DNA from: Peribolospora baueri
Lineage: Eukaryota
Assembly (NCBI GenBank): GCA_029717555.1
Contig: JAMDHS010000002.1
Location: 496,001 to 560,000, forward strand
Direction: 5' to 3'
Length of the DNA: 64,000 nucleotides
Positions 47,976-60,400 of this stretch are shown here, one piece after another. The notes under the pieces were generated by a model, which saw only the letters and a program-made list of their open reading frames with translations, had not been told where the DNA came from and made no database searches. Position 1 is the first letter of the stretch. Every line of letters starts with the position of its first letter. Both the position numbers and the translations under genes were made by a program.

Positions 47976-50900
47976 ATGGCGTCCGTCACCTCGCCTCTTG
48001 CCTCCTCTATCCCATCCAAGCGGTACAACGGCGCGGCACCCGAGTCCGACGCCGCCAACAAGCGTCTCGCCACCGCTGCAGACGGTGATCTTCTTTCCGA
48101 GGCCGGCCCTACCGCCGCTCAGCTCAACGGCGCTTCTCCTCAACGCCCACTCATGGCCAACGGCGTGGCCCCAACGGCGGCCCCCCGCCTTAGCTCGCTG
48201 GACACCAAGATGCAGGAGGACATCCCTTTGACCGACGTCGCCGCCACACCCACATGGGCGCAAGTTCTCGCTTCCGGCGCCTCTGTCGAGCCCTTCGCCA
48301 AGGTGCCCGCTTTCTCCACTGCGCAAGATCTGGTCGAGAAGACGTCGTACGAGAAGAGCACCGCCATCTTTGTCTACGAGGCCGTTGCCAATGCCGGCTT
48401 TGGTGTCAAGTCGGAGCAGTGGGCCGCTGAGGGCAAGGGCGGGGCGACGGCGCCCAAGGTGTTCAGCCTTCAGACTCGAGCGGGCGCCGCCACTGCCATC
48501 ATTGGTTACCTTCACGAGACGGGCGCCTCGTCCAAGGACGCCGTGGGTGCTACGAGCGCGGGCAGCGTCAAGGTCGTCACCGCCTACACCAACTCGTCCG
48601 GTCTCGCCGCCATGAGCCCTGCCTTGGCCTCCGCCTCTCTCCCCTCTTCTTCTCGCCTCATCCTCCAAGTCTCAGCTCAGAGGCAGCTCGAAGACAGCCT
48701 GGTCGTCGTGAACGACTACGCCTCGATCTTTGCCGCCGTCGCACACCTCGGCGACAAGTTCACCGTCCTCCTCTCGTCCGACCCTCAGGAGGCTGCTGAG
48801 AACGCCGCTGCGGCCTATGCCGCCCACGGCAATGTCCTTCACGTTTTCGATGGCGCTCACTCTGCCCGCCAGCTGTCCGCCCTTACGACGCCCACCAGCA
48901 ACGCGCTTCCTTCGGCATTCACGTACCACGGCGCTCAAGCTCCCGAGGCCGTCCTCGTCATTCCCAACTCGGCGAACGCACTCGCCGCCGCCGCCGTCCT
49001 CGCTTCTTCGCAGACGTCGTCCGCCGCCGTCGGCATTCTCGTCGCCCGCGTCCTGCGGCCATGGTCCGATGTGGAGCTTCGTCAGGCGATTCCCGCTTCT
49101 GCAAAGACTCTTCACGTTCTCGAGGAGACTGCGAGCCGCGCCTCTATCGGCCCGCTCTACGAGGACGTTTTGACGTCTTTGTACAGTGACGCCTTCTCTG
49201 CCTCTCAGTCTCCCAGCGCTGTCTTCCCCGTCTCCGTCTCCGTTGATACCAAGCTCGGTGCGCGGGAGTGGGCGGTCGTTCTTGCGACTCTCGCCACCCA
49301 TCCCTCCAAGGCCCTTGACCTCGCAGGAGTCCTCGCCAAGGCCGAGGCCGAGGCCGCTCCCTCGGTCGCCCCGGACGCCAAAGTGTGTCTTTTCTGGGAC
49401 GGAGACGCGGCCGACACGTCTTCCACAGCCCAACTCGCCGCTCACACCTTCCTCGCCAACGAGTCCGTGGACGCTCGTCTCCAGACCCGCTATGACAACT
49501 TTGCCGCGAGCGGACTTCAGCTCAGTCAGTTTGTCCTTGCTCCCCTTGCCGACCCGTCCGTCGCCAAGCCGCCGCTGCAGTTGCTCGCCGACGGACCCAA
49601 CTCTGCACACTTCGTCTCCATCGCCGACCCGTCCGTCCTGAAGGCCTACGACGTGTTCACCACCGTCCGACCCGGGGCCACCGTTCTGCTCAACTGCAAC
49701 TGGACGCCGAACGAGTTCGATGCCAAGCTGACTGCCCTCGATAAGCGCCAGATCGCTAACAGGCAGCTCAAGCTCTTCGCCATCGACACCGCCGCGGTTT
49801 TGTCCGAGCTTGAGAAGACGAGCACGGCTCATGCTGTTGGCGCGGGCAAGGCCAAGCAGGCCATTGGCGTCGACTCGACGGTCGCCTCTGCCGTCTTGTT
49901 CGTGGCCTTCATGAGCCTGTACAGCGGTCAGCATGGCGGCCTTGCTGCTCTTGTCGCTCCTGCTCTGCAGGCCGCTCCTCTCGGCGAGGGCGTGTCGCCT
50001 AACGCCGTCGTCGCGGCCACCAACGCTGCTCTCGTCGAGGTGCCGGTGCGCGCTCAGGACTGGGCCGCCGCGGAGCCTGCTTCGGAGGCGGAGCTGAACG
50101 CCCCTGCGCGCCCCATCTCGCTCGTCGTCAACTCTTTCGGTCCGAACCCTTTCGGCAACGGCGTGCCCGAGGCCAAGCCGGTGCGCTCCAACTGGGCTCG
50201 TCCCGCGTGGCAGTTGCTCTTCCGCGAGGCCTATCACACGGATACGTCTTCTCTTCGCCCGGACCTTCCGGAGGAAAACTTTGTCGTGACGGTTACGGAG
50301 AACCGCCGTCTCACGCCGGCGACGTACGACCGCAACGTGTTCCACATGGAGTTCGACACGTCCGGCACCGGGCTCAAGTACGAGGTCGGCGAGGCGCTCG
50401 GCATTCACGGCTGGAACGACGAGGGTGAAGTGCGCGAGTTCATCGAATGGATCGGCTTCGATCCCAACGAGATCGTGACCGGTCCGAGCGCGACGCAGCC
50501 GGGCAAGGTGGAGAGCAGGACGGTGTTCCAACTGCTACAGCAGAACCTTGACATCTTCGGCAAGCCGCCCAAGCGGTTCTACGAGGCGCTCAGCGGCCTC
50601 GCCACCGATCGCAACGAGGCCATGTGGCTGAGGTTCATCAGCTCGGCCGAGGGCGCCAGCACGCTCAAGAAGATGACCGACAAGGACACGGTGACGTACG
50701 CAGACGTCCTGCGCATGTTCCCTTCGGCCAAGCTGACCGTCGACAAGGTCATCGAGCTCGTGGAGCCGATCAAGCCGAGGCACTACTCCATCGCGAGCTC
50801 CCAGAAGGCGGTGGGCGATTCGGTGCACCTGCTCATCGTCACCGTCGACTGGCTCACGCCGACCGGCTCGCCGCGGTACGGTCAGTGCACGCGCTACCTC

Positions 50901-51446
50901 GCCGACCTGTCGGTAGGCGCCAAGGTGACGGTGTCGATCAAACCGTCGGTGATGAAGCTCCCGCCGCTAGACGGGCAGCCCATCATCATGGCCGGTCTCG
51001 GCACGGGCGCCGCGCCCTTCCGCGCGTTCATCCAGCACCGCGCGTGGCAGAAGGCGCAAGGCGTGGACGTGGGCCCTCTGATCTACTACTTCGGCTCGCG
51101 GTACCAGCGATGCGAGTACCTGTACGGAGAAGAGCTCGAGGCGTACCAGCAGGACGGCATCGTGAGCCACATGGGCCTCGCCTTCTCGCGCGACGGGCCT
51201 CGCAAGGTGTACATCCAGCACAAGATGCTGGAGGACGCCGAGTTCCTGGCTCAGTACATCCGGCCCAACGATCCTTTCAACCCCAACAAGGGCGTCTTCT
51301 ACCTCTGCGGTCCCACTTGGCCCGTCCCGGACGTGTACGAGGCGTTGACGAAAGCGCTCGAGTCGAAGGGACTTGGCAAGGAGGAAGCGCAGGCGTACCT
51401 GGAGGAGATGAAGGAGGAGGAACGATACGTGCTCGAGGTGTACTGA
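47976..51446 (+). CDS. MET10: Sulfite reductase [NADPH] flavoprotein alpha subunit, intronless
   Basis: N-terminal PFOR-like region (FSLQTRAGA..GY, VLHVFDG, ARVLRPW). C-terminal FAD/NADPH domain: ENRRLTP..YDRNVFHMEFD, IKPRHYSIASS, GQCTRYL, MAGLGTGAAPFRAF, KVYIQHKM, FYLCGPTWPVPD, RYVLEVY. First ATG is at 47976. Confidence 0.96.
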   Translation: MASVTSPLASSIPSKRYNGAAPESDAANKRLATAADGDLLSEAGPTAAQLNGASPQRPLMANGVAPTAAPRLSSLDTKMQEDIPLTDVAATPTWAQVLASGASVEPFAKVPAFSTAQDLVEKTSYEKSTAIFVYEAVANAGFGVKSEQWAAEGKGGATAPKVFSLQTRAGAATAIIGYLHETGASSKDAVGATSAGSVKVVTAYTNSSGLAAMSPALASASLPSSSRLILQVSAQRQLEDSLVVVNDYASIFAAVAHLGDKFTVLLSSDPQEAAENAAAAYAAHGNVLHVFDGAHSARQLSALTTPTSNALPSAFTYHGAQAPEAVLVIPNSANALAAAAVLASSQTSSAAVGILVARVLRPWSDVELRQAIPASAKTLHVLEETASRASIGPLYEDVLTSLYSDAFSASQSPSAVFPVSVSVDTKLGAREWAVVLATLATHPSKALDLAGVLAKAEAEAAPSVAPDAKVCLFWDGDAADTSSTAQLAAHTFLANESVDARLQTRYDNFAASGLQLSQFVLAPLADPSVAKPPLQLLADGPNSAHFVSIADPSVLKAYDVFTTVRPGATVLLNCNWTPNEFDAKLTALDKRQIANRQLKLFAIDTAAVLSELEKTSTAHAVGAGKAKQAIGVDSTVASAVLFVAFMSLYSGQHGGLAALVAPALQAAPLGEGVSPNAVVAATNAALVEVPVRAQDWAAAEPASEAELNAPARPISLVVNSFGPNPFGNGVPEAKPVRSNWARPAWQLLFREAYHTDTSSLRPDLPEENFVVTVTENRRLTPATYDRNVFHMEFDTSGTGLKYEVGEALGIHGWNDEGEVREFIEWIGFDPNEIVTGPSATQPGKVESRTVFQLLQQNLDIFGKPPKRFYEALSGLATDRNEAMWLRFISSAEGASTLKKMTDKDTVTYADVLRMFPSAKLTVDKVIELVEPIKPRHYSIASSQKAVGDSVHLLIVTVDWLTPTGSPRYGQCTRYLADLSVGAKVTVSIKPSVMKLPPLDGQPIIMAGLGTGAAPFRAFIQHRAWQKAQGVDVGPLIYYFGSRYQRCEYLYGEELEAYQQDGIVSHMGLAFSRDGPRKVYIQHKMLEDAEFLAQYIRPNDPFNPNKGVFYLCGPTWPVPDVYEALTKALESKGLGKEEAQAYLEEMKEEERYVLEVY

Positions 51447-52180
51447 AGCGTCCCTTCCCACTTCCCACCTCCCACCTCCCGTCCTTCGTTCGTTCCTTCG
51501 TTTTCGTTCGTTCGTGCCGTGCCGTGCCTTATTCCCGGCCCCTTTGACAGCGGCCTTTCCATCGATCCTCGCTGTTTCCTTTATCGCTGTGATGCAATAG
51601 AGATGGATTTGCAGGCTGCGTCTCCCGGCGTTGGCATGAGAGGCTGACGCTGTGCCCTTCAAGTCGAGCGAGCGGCTCTCCGCTATGTACGCAAGTGATA
51701 CACATGTATTAAGGCGTCGTACACGCATGCAGCTTTTGCAAGCTGAGGCAGAGGGAGCGATGGTCGCATTGGTCCGACACGTTCCTCCCGCAGCAGGAGC
51801 CGCAGCAGGACGCCTTCGTCATGGTAGGACGCAGCTGATCCTAGTCATGTATCACGTGGGTCCGGTGATACCGGACATAGGAGCCCCGACGGAGATTCGC
51901 TAGCTCGTCTGATCCGCGCCGTCCAATTTGTCCCAGCGCATTGCAACCTCACTTCGCGGCCGACGACGACGACGAGCAGCACAAGCGAACGAGCAGACGA
52001 AAGCAGATCTTTTCCATCTCGGTGCCTTTCTTTCGCCTTGTCTTCACCTTTCCTCCAACTTCCCTCCACTTTCCTTCACCGGACCGCTTTTCTCCCCGCT
52101 CGCGTCGTGAGCGCTTCCACGCCTGCCTTCTTCCCACCACCTCCCCGCGCCGATCCATCGGAAAGCTCGCCAGAGCAGAC

Positions 52181-55100
52181 ATGGCTGCTGGCCCACCCAC
52201 CTCCGACTTTTCCTTTTCGTACCCGCCTGTCGCCACAAGTACGAGCGTCGGTACCTCCGTCCCCGGCGTGCCCGCTCCCTCCGTCAATGGGCCGCCGGCC
52301 ACGTCGAGGCCGCCGCCGAAGAAGAGGAATCGACAGGCGCTGAGTTGTACGAGTTGCAGGGAGAGAAAGATCAAGGTGGGCCGCTTCTCCTCGCCGCCGC
52401 CTTTCTTTTTTTCATGAAAGACGGACTGGGGCTCATTGACGTCCGTTCATGTGTGCACAGTGTGACAGGTGAGCTGTCGTGCACAATCCGTGGTCAACGT
52501 CCTCGTCGCCCCGGGTCTTCTCCCTCTTTCTCGCTCCTCCTTCGCCTGACGCTTGCTTGATTTTCACCAGGAAAATTCCTTGCGAGCAGTGTATTCGTCG
52601 CGGCGATGTCGATCAGTGTCACGTCGAGGTCAAGGGACGCGATGCGCCCAAGTGAGTCTCGACGTCCCTCTTGACGTTCTTACATTCCATTCCCCGATTG
52701 CCAGTTGATATGGGATGGGTTTTGCTTTCGTGGCTAGGCCCGCGCCAGCGAACGCCGAAGAGTTCGACGCCATCAAGAACCGTCTCGCTCAATTGGAGTC
52801 TCTTCTAGCCGCCCAGACTTCGGGCGCGGCTGGTCAACCCGGCCAGCCATCCTATCCCCCCGGCTATGCCGGATTTCCACAGTTCGCCACCGGCAATTTG
52901 CCCCCCTTGCCACCTTTGGGAGAGGCCCCGCAGAGCGCAGTGTCCACGCAACAGGGTCTTCCCGCGTTCTTGGGCAATCCGACCGCACCGTTGCCGTCGC
53001 GATATGCGTTGTCGTCTTCTCTTCAGTACGGAGGCTCTTCTTATGGCTCTCCTCCGTCGCATTCGTCCCCGCAGCCGCCTGCCACGTCGTATCCGCCCCT
53101 TGACATGCGGCTGCATTGGAATGGCAATAATCAGGGGGTTACGTCGAGCACGTCGCCGACCACGCGCGCCTGGAGACCTCCCCAAGATGGTCATCGTCAG
53201 CCTGGCCTCCCGTCGTCCGTCGGCTCGATCCTCGATTCGTCCAACCAGCGTCCGCGAGTGGGCACGAGGTTTTCGTCGCCTGCATCCTCCCGCTTTGAAG
53301 AGCAGGAGGACACAGACATGGATGACGGCAACCATGGCGAAGACCGTGGCCGCAGAGGCTCCCGCATGACTTCCGCGTCCGAGACCGACTGTCGGCCTGC
53401 GCGCACTATCGATAGCGATACGGAGGACGCCGCTCAGGTCCTTGAAGGTCTTGCCATGGGCTCGGCCGCCGGTCCTTGCGCTCCCACTGGTGGATTCAAG
53501 GGCAAGGCGGAGCAGGAGGCCGCCAGGCGCGTGACCGCCGAGATCGTGGAACTCAAACGCCAATGTCGAGAGGAGGCGATCGCCCGCGGCCAGTCTGTTC
53601 CCGACGCCGTCAAGTGCGAGAGCGCGGCGACGGTGGGTGCCAGTGGGAAGGAGTGTATGGAAGGCGTCGAGCCGTTTGGGCAGCCGAGCGGATGCCCCGG
53701 ACCAATTTCCGCTCCAGATCCTTGCACGACGAGCGACAAGGCGGATGGGTCGTCGTCCAAGAAGCTCCCGCCTCCCGCCGCCGGCGGTCCTTGTGGTTCG
53801 AAGCATTATGATCCCTCGCGTAAGCCGGGACTCGGATTCGGCTTAAGCTGGTTTATGCCCGGAGGGATCGCGGACGTCGCCAGGCAAGATTCTACGTTCG
53901 CCTCGGATCGGGTAACGTGGGACGAACACGAGTGGCGCGCAAGGCAAGAGGTCATCCGTCGCATCATCGCCGGCTTGCCCGACCGCAAGACCGCTGACGC
54001 CCTCGTGGACAACTACTCTTTGAGGGTCAAGTTTCTCTGCGGCCACGTCGTGCACTTACCTACGCTTCGCGCCGACATTGACAAGTTCTACAGTACTTCT
54101 GACGACAAGAAAGTGAAATCGGTCGACGCCGCTTGGCTTGCGTCCTTCATCTTCGTTCTCATCCTCGGTCTGCAATTTTGGCCTTGCAGGGCCGTGGAAC
54201 CCGTCTCTCTCGAGCATCTCGATAGCTGCACCCTCGCGAGGTGGCACCTTGCTGGCAAAACGTGCCTCCACTTGGCCAATTACCTCACGAACAAGAGCAT
54301 GTACATTATGCAGGCCATCATCATGCTCACCGTCGTCGGGCACGATTCCCAGCACGCTACCATGAGCTTGCTCCGCGTGGCCACGTATAACGCTCAGGAG
54401 GCCGGCTTGCACAGGCTCGGCGACAAGTGCGCGAAGAAGCCGCAAAACGCCAAGGAGAAGATTAAGATTGAGATGGGGAAGAGGATTTGGTGAGTGTCGT
54501 TCTATGCTTGCCGCCCGGCTTTACTTACTCGACACGGCATGTGCGCTCGGTTCTGATCTGTGCTGTGGCTGACTTTCGGTGTAAACGCACAGGCATATGC
54601 TGGTCCTCAAGGACTGGATGGCAGGGGCCGCCATCGGTTCACACATGTATGCCATCCACCCCGGGCAGTTCAACACTCCTCTACCTGACAATCTGAACGA
54701 CGACGACCTTACGCAGTGGCCGACGCCGCCGTCGCGCTCGCGCGACGAGTTCACAGAAGTCAGTCACATCTTCGTCCATTCTTGCATGGCCTGGACCGTG
54801 CGTGCCTCCTTGGACGCCATGCTGGAGAACAACGGCGTACTGCCTTATGACGTCGTTCTCAACCTCGACGCCCGCTTCCGGGAGATTCTCGCCAAGGCAC
54901 CCAAATTTTTCCAAATCGGGTCGCAGGAGGGCGAAATCGACGTTCAGGTGCAGCGGTGGCTTCTCCACCAGGGCGTGCTCCACAAACTCCTCAGACTTCA
55001 TCGCCCGCACATGAGCAAGGAGAGGAGCAGGATGAGTTGCGTTGTGCTCGCGCGCAGCATCCTCGACATGCAGAAGAAGCTCAGGAGCACGTGCACGGTC

Positions 55101-56391
55101 ATCGACAGGTTATGGTGAGTCCCTTGAGGTGCCGGCAGTGTCCACGATCCCGCTTTCCCGCCCGCTGAACGGTCCCTTTCCCACTTCCAGGCTCAACTTG
55201 CTGCACTCGTTCTCGGCTGCAATCGTGCTCATCATTGACTTGCTTCATACCAAGCCTTCGCCTGCTGTTCGTATGCAAACACGTGGCGAAATCATGGAGG
55301 CCATTTCGGCCCTCAAGCACATCGAAGCGACCAACTATACCGCCGGACAAGGCATCAAGGTCATTGAGGCTCTCCTCGTCGAGGAGGAGGCCAAGTGGAA
55401 CGATGCCAAGGACGCCGGCGAGGCCAACGTGCTAAAGCGCAAGCTCGACGCGGACAAGAAGGCGAGGAAGAAGGAGCTTTTCGAAATGTCCATCCGCGTC
55501 GCGCGCGCCATGGTCTGTCCCATCACGGCAGGCAAGAACAAAATGGCGAACGAAAAATTGTTCAATTCGAAGGATGACTGGGAGTGGAAGCGCATTGAGG
55601 TGCCGCCGGAGAAGATGGCCGAGTTCCCTACGGCCAAGCCCAGCGATACTCCAGGCAAGCCAGGCGTGATCGAACTGCATCGCGATCAGTTCCGGTTCCA
55701 GTTCCCGACGGACGGCGACAGCTTGTTCGAGACGGCGCCCAACAGCCTCGAGTTCCCTACCGATTTCAGCAGCTTTTTCACCAACAGCGTTCTCACGTCC
55801 TCGCCTTCTTCTGTCGTTTCCGGCGCCAGTCTCACGATCCCTGCGGCGCAACAGCAAAATCAAGCGCAGGCATCGCAGACAACTATGTCGTCATCGACGA
55901 CACAACAGTCCAACGGGTCTTTGCCCTCGCTTGTCCATTCCTCCTCCTGCACCTCCGCTTCTTGCAGCTCGGGCAGCTCCGACAACGCCTCACCAAAAGA
56001 CCAAGCAAGCCCCGGCTCCAGTTCGGGTGACCTGTCTGGCGACCTGGACGATTCCTTCTGGTCTTGGATTCTCGCTTCCACCGAAGGTGGCGGGTCCGCT
56101 AGGCCTTCGAACGACACCGTCTCCGCCAATGCTGCGGCCATGTCGGAACTCTTTCCCGGCATGATGGACGGCGTGGATGTGGGCGGCGCTCTTCCCGGTG
56201 CTGGTGACAGTGCCGGTGGAACGGGCGCGCTTACGGCTCCGACTGCCAGCGGCAATGGCGCCGCGGGCGTCGGGCCGACCCTGACGGGTGATTTGGTCGC
56301 TTGGGGAGCACTCGACAAGGATTTGGAAGAGTTGGTGGCCAACGCGGACGGGAATCCGCCCATGACCGTCATGCCTTCTTGGCCGGCGTAG
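52181..56391 (+). CDS. Zn(II)2Cys6 transcription factor with fungal-specific TF domain, multi-exon
   Basis: Spliced KKRNRQALSCTSCRERKIK/CDR/KIPCEQCIRRGDVDQC. Middle region LPDRKTADALVDNY, VVHLPTL, AQEAGLHRLG, EMGKRIW, FNTPLPDNLND, LHRPHM. Confidence 0.93.
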
Positions 56392-56824
56392 GCCTCCGCC
56401 CTGACCAGGTAAAACGATGTGGCCGGCGAGATCAAAGCCGTCGTCGTCCTTGATATCTTCTCTTCTTGTTACATCTGTCATCCCGATCTTCCTTTCGATC
56501 TCTGCGATATCCGTCAGCCTCTGTATATTTCGTTGAACATGCTCGATCCTCCGTCCATGGTCGTTTCTCTCTTCAGAAACCACCGGTTCGGCCGCGGTCG
56601 TGTCGTGTCGTTTCGGTCGTCGGACGATCTGTTTTCCTAGTGTTACCTCGCTCGCCCTCTGCTGCCTCTCGCGTAATCGTCCTTGGCGCCTCTTCGTCTA
56701 GTCGTCTCTCTTCGACCCCCGTCGCGTTCTCCCTCTCGCCTCGTCGCAGGTCGCGAGTTCTGTACTTAACTAGTCTATTTTACGGCAAGAAGTGAAAGGA
56801 ACCGGTTCCGTCGTCGTCCGTCTC

Positions 56825-56860
56825 GTGCTCTCGGCCTACAAAGTGCTCTCGGCCTACAAA
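56825..56860. repeat. Exact 18-bp tandem duplication GTGCTCTCGGCCTACAAA x2
   Basis: Directly visible at 56825-56842 and 56843-56860. Confidence 0.95.
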
Positions 56861-57493
56861 TGACGTAAACAGTCACTCGGCGCAGGTAGTTGAAATGGGG
56901 CGGGGTCATTCAGGAAGCGCGGTTTAGATAACACCAGCCTAGGATGGCATGAGGGAGCTGTGGCCGTAGCCTGCGAGGTGCCAATGCTTGACTGGAAAGA
57001 GAGCGGCAGGCTGCTTTGCTGTTCAGGGTCCAGCTCACCACTCAGTTCAAGGCTCCCGGCACGGCTTTGCCATGGCATTCTTTGCGCTAGTGCCTCAGCA
57101 GGTGCTCTTTCTAACACCGGCTTTTTTGCCCTGCCATCCGGTTTTGTTGTGCGGAAGAGGATGATGATGCTAAGAGTATTTGCAGATCTGCGCGGAGTAG
57201 TACTGATATAGGAGATACCCACAAAGAGGGATCAGGCTAGGAAGACACAAAGGATGGGAAGAGCAGCGGATACATGTGGGACTTGCGAAATACATGGAGA
57301 AACTGCCATGGAGAAACAGAGTTTTGGGGAAACTGCCAATTCCGTTTCCTCTAGTCACTAATCTAGAAGACCGAGATTATAATCGTTCGACTTTCGTGAA
57401 TGGTATGTATCGTCAGGACCGTCGTGGTGTTGGTGAAAATGATGCTGCGTGAACGACCGGACCCCTCGTTGACGCCCAGCCACTTGAAGTCTT

Positions 57494-60400
57494 CTAGGCC
57501 ATGATGACCCGCACTCCAAGATCACTGAGCGAGCCACCTTTGAAGTCGGGGCCAGGACAGGACTGAGCATGGAAGGCGCGAGGAAAGAGAAGACGGATAG
57601 GATAAGAGGTGTGTTGTCATACAGCTATGAGGCTGCTAGCCGCGAGCAGAAAGAACATCACTCACCATGAACATCAGACTCTTGTGGACGTCCAACTTCC
57701 TGCTAATTGCCTCTACTATCTGGGCATTAAAGGCGCCCTCGACGAAGACGAGGTCGACCGTGATGGTCGGGAAGGCTTCATCTACTAACTTTTGGTTGCT
57801 GAAAGAAAAACAATGTCGGGGGGAAAGTGTTGACACTCGATGTGAGATGACTAGCATGCAGATTACTTCGGCCTGAACGACGCGCCTGAGCCTTTTTATG
57901 CTTTTTCTTGCCTTCAGCATTCGGGCAGACCGACGCAAGCTCTATGCCCTAGCGAATGATGTCGAATAGAACTCACCTCTCAAGTTCAGAAGGAATCTGG
58001 TTGATGTGATCGTAACAGTGTACCAATTTTACGCAAGATGTCCGCTCATTCTGTTCAGAATAAGTAACGAGTAAGACCAAGACTTATTCAGACAAATTGA
58101 AATAAGAGGATAATACCACTCCGAAGTGAAAGTGACAGAAGGCGCACCTTTCGAACATAAAGAAGAGCTTCGATGAGGTGAGAAATCTGTCGATGCGCAG
58201 AGGTGACAAACAGAACAGACGGCCTTCATGATGAGCGACTCCACCGAGGGAAAACATGCGCCCGATGCGCAAGGGGAAATAAATGGGAAGCCGCTCTCCA
58301 CCCACCTCGTCCGTCTTCGTAAAGTAGATGACGGCATGCCTCTTTTCCTTGATCATCCAGCCCCTCATCGCATTTGCCCACCCGGAACACCACCTTGCTT
58401 GCCTCAATCTCACCGGCATCTGCTCCCACAGCCACAGCACTGCCCGTCCGATGCCGATTCTTGCCCTGCATGCTAGCAAGAACGCGGCGATGACGGCCGC
58501 ATAGGCGGCATAGTACAGCAACATGCTTGGCCCTATGATGGTGTTGCCGACCAGCGCCACTACGCCCACCGTCGAGGCGGCGAAGACGGTGAGAAGGGAT
58601 GCTGGTGGTTCGGAGCGGGGGATGCGAGGGCGGAAGATCTTGAGGAGCAGGAGGGAGAGGCAGAACATGCATAGGATGCAGATGAAGGAGACGCTGAAGA
58701 CGGAGGAGAGCGTTTGGAGGTTGAACGAAGCCGTGGCGCAGCCTAGGAGACAGAGGAGGAGGAAGACGACCACGCTGAGGTACGGGGAGCCAGTGGGCAG
58801 GGTACGCAAGAAGACTAAGGGAAGGATGTGGTCCCTGAGGAAGAGCAGGTGGAATGTGTGTTGAGTTATAGTGCACCGCTTTACAGGTCTACCCGCACAA
58901 TGGATGGACAAGCGTTCCAACTTTGCTCACCTGCTCAACGCCTCCACCAGGCCAGAAAAGCTCAAGACGCCGGTCAAGATGCCACCGCAAAGCACCGCCA
59001 TTGCATCGACCACAATGACGATGCGGAGCCATCTCCCGGCCACGTCATTAGCGAGTGCGGAGAGCACATTGGCGCCGCTGAGAATGTCAGCGAGGGGAAG
59101 GTTGGCGAGGAGAAGAAGCATCAAAGGTGCATTGAGGAGGAGCACCGTGATGTGCAGGTTTCGGAGGGCTTTAGGGAAGGCTCCTGGTCGGACGTTGGAT
59201 ACGTAAGAAGGTGCGCACTCGAATCCTGGTGGAGTCAAAGAACAGTATGAATAAGGCGGGGCACCGTAAACTTGCTGTTCATAACCGCCATTGCGAAGGC
59301 CCACGTCCTCCTCTCCAAGATGACGGCAAGAGGGCCACTACTCACCCGTAAGCCCGACAAAGCCTATACACACCCCTTGAAAAATGGCATTGCAGACTCC
59401 ACGAGCATCTACATGTGATACGGTCTCGTTCCAGTTCGAGGCGAGAACGGCATTCCCCGTGCGCGCCCAGCCGACGATAGAGGCTATCGCCAGGGCGGAC
59501 ATTGTGGTGAGCTGCGCCGTGGAGACCGGAAGGCGGTGAGGAGGGGTGGGTAAGGGCGCCATACATTTGAGTGAGCGGACGTCCTCGAGGCGCTCTGTTG
59601 ACAGAGAAGAAACAACCTGGGGCGCTCACGTGAAAAGCACACATGCCGAACGCTACTCCGCTGCTATCTCTCATCCCGCTTAACGTCAGGCACACGAACA
59701 CAACCAGAAGGCCAACTGTGACGACCCAATGTCCAAATGGCATGTGGACAACTTCGCCGGCCAAATACGCTGAGGCGGTACTTGCACTAACGCAAGCGGT
59801 GGCCACGCCGTCGAGCAGAGTAAGTGCGGCGCCGACAACAGCGAGCGTTTTGGACGAGTAGGCGTTAGATAGAAAGCCATACGAAGCCGAATTGAGGGAA
59901 AGGGCCGAAGTCAATTCGACGAGGACAGGGCGAAAGGGTCCTAGAAGGAGGGTAGAGACTAGGAGAGAGATGGGCGAGAGAGCGCCGGCCAGGACGGAGA
60001 CTGCAGGAAAAGCATCTGGTGTACAACATGATAAAGTAAGATCACTCATTGGCGAAGAGTAAACCGAACAGCCAAAACCCACTCACAGAAAATGCTGCCT
60101 GTGACCGCATTCCCGGCAATAGCCGTCCCTCTCCACTGCCCGAGCAAGTCCTTCACTCTCTGAGCGTCCAACGTCGACTGCGCTTCGGCCAAATCAACCG
60201 GAGTGAGATCGAGGTAATGCATGCTTCCCCATCCAGCAAACAGCCAATCGTCCTCAGGCCTCCTCCCACTGGAGCCCTCCTCGCCCAGCTTGAGATTCCA
60301 CCTTCCATCGTCCTCCGTCTCAGGCGGGCCATCTCCTTCCTCCAGCACCTCGTCCAAAGCAATGCCTACTCCCCTCCTAACAGGAGGAGGTCTGCGTTTT

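Noticed and set aside
48672..50531. 619-aa antisense ORF in MET10
   Set aside because: Shadow ORF caused by strong GC3 codon bias; no domain signal.
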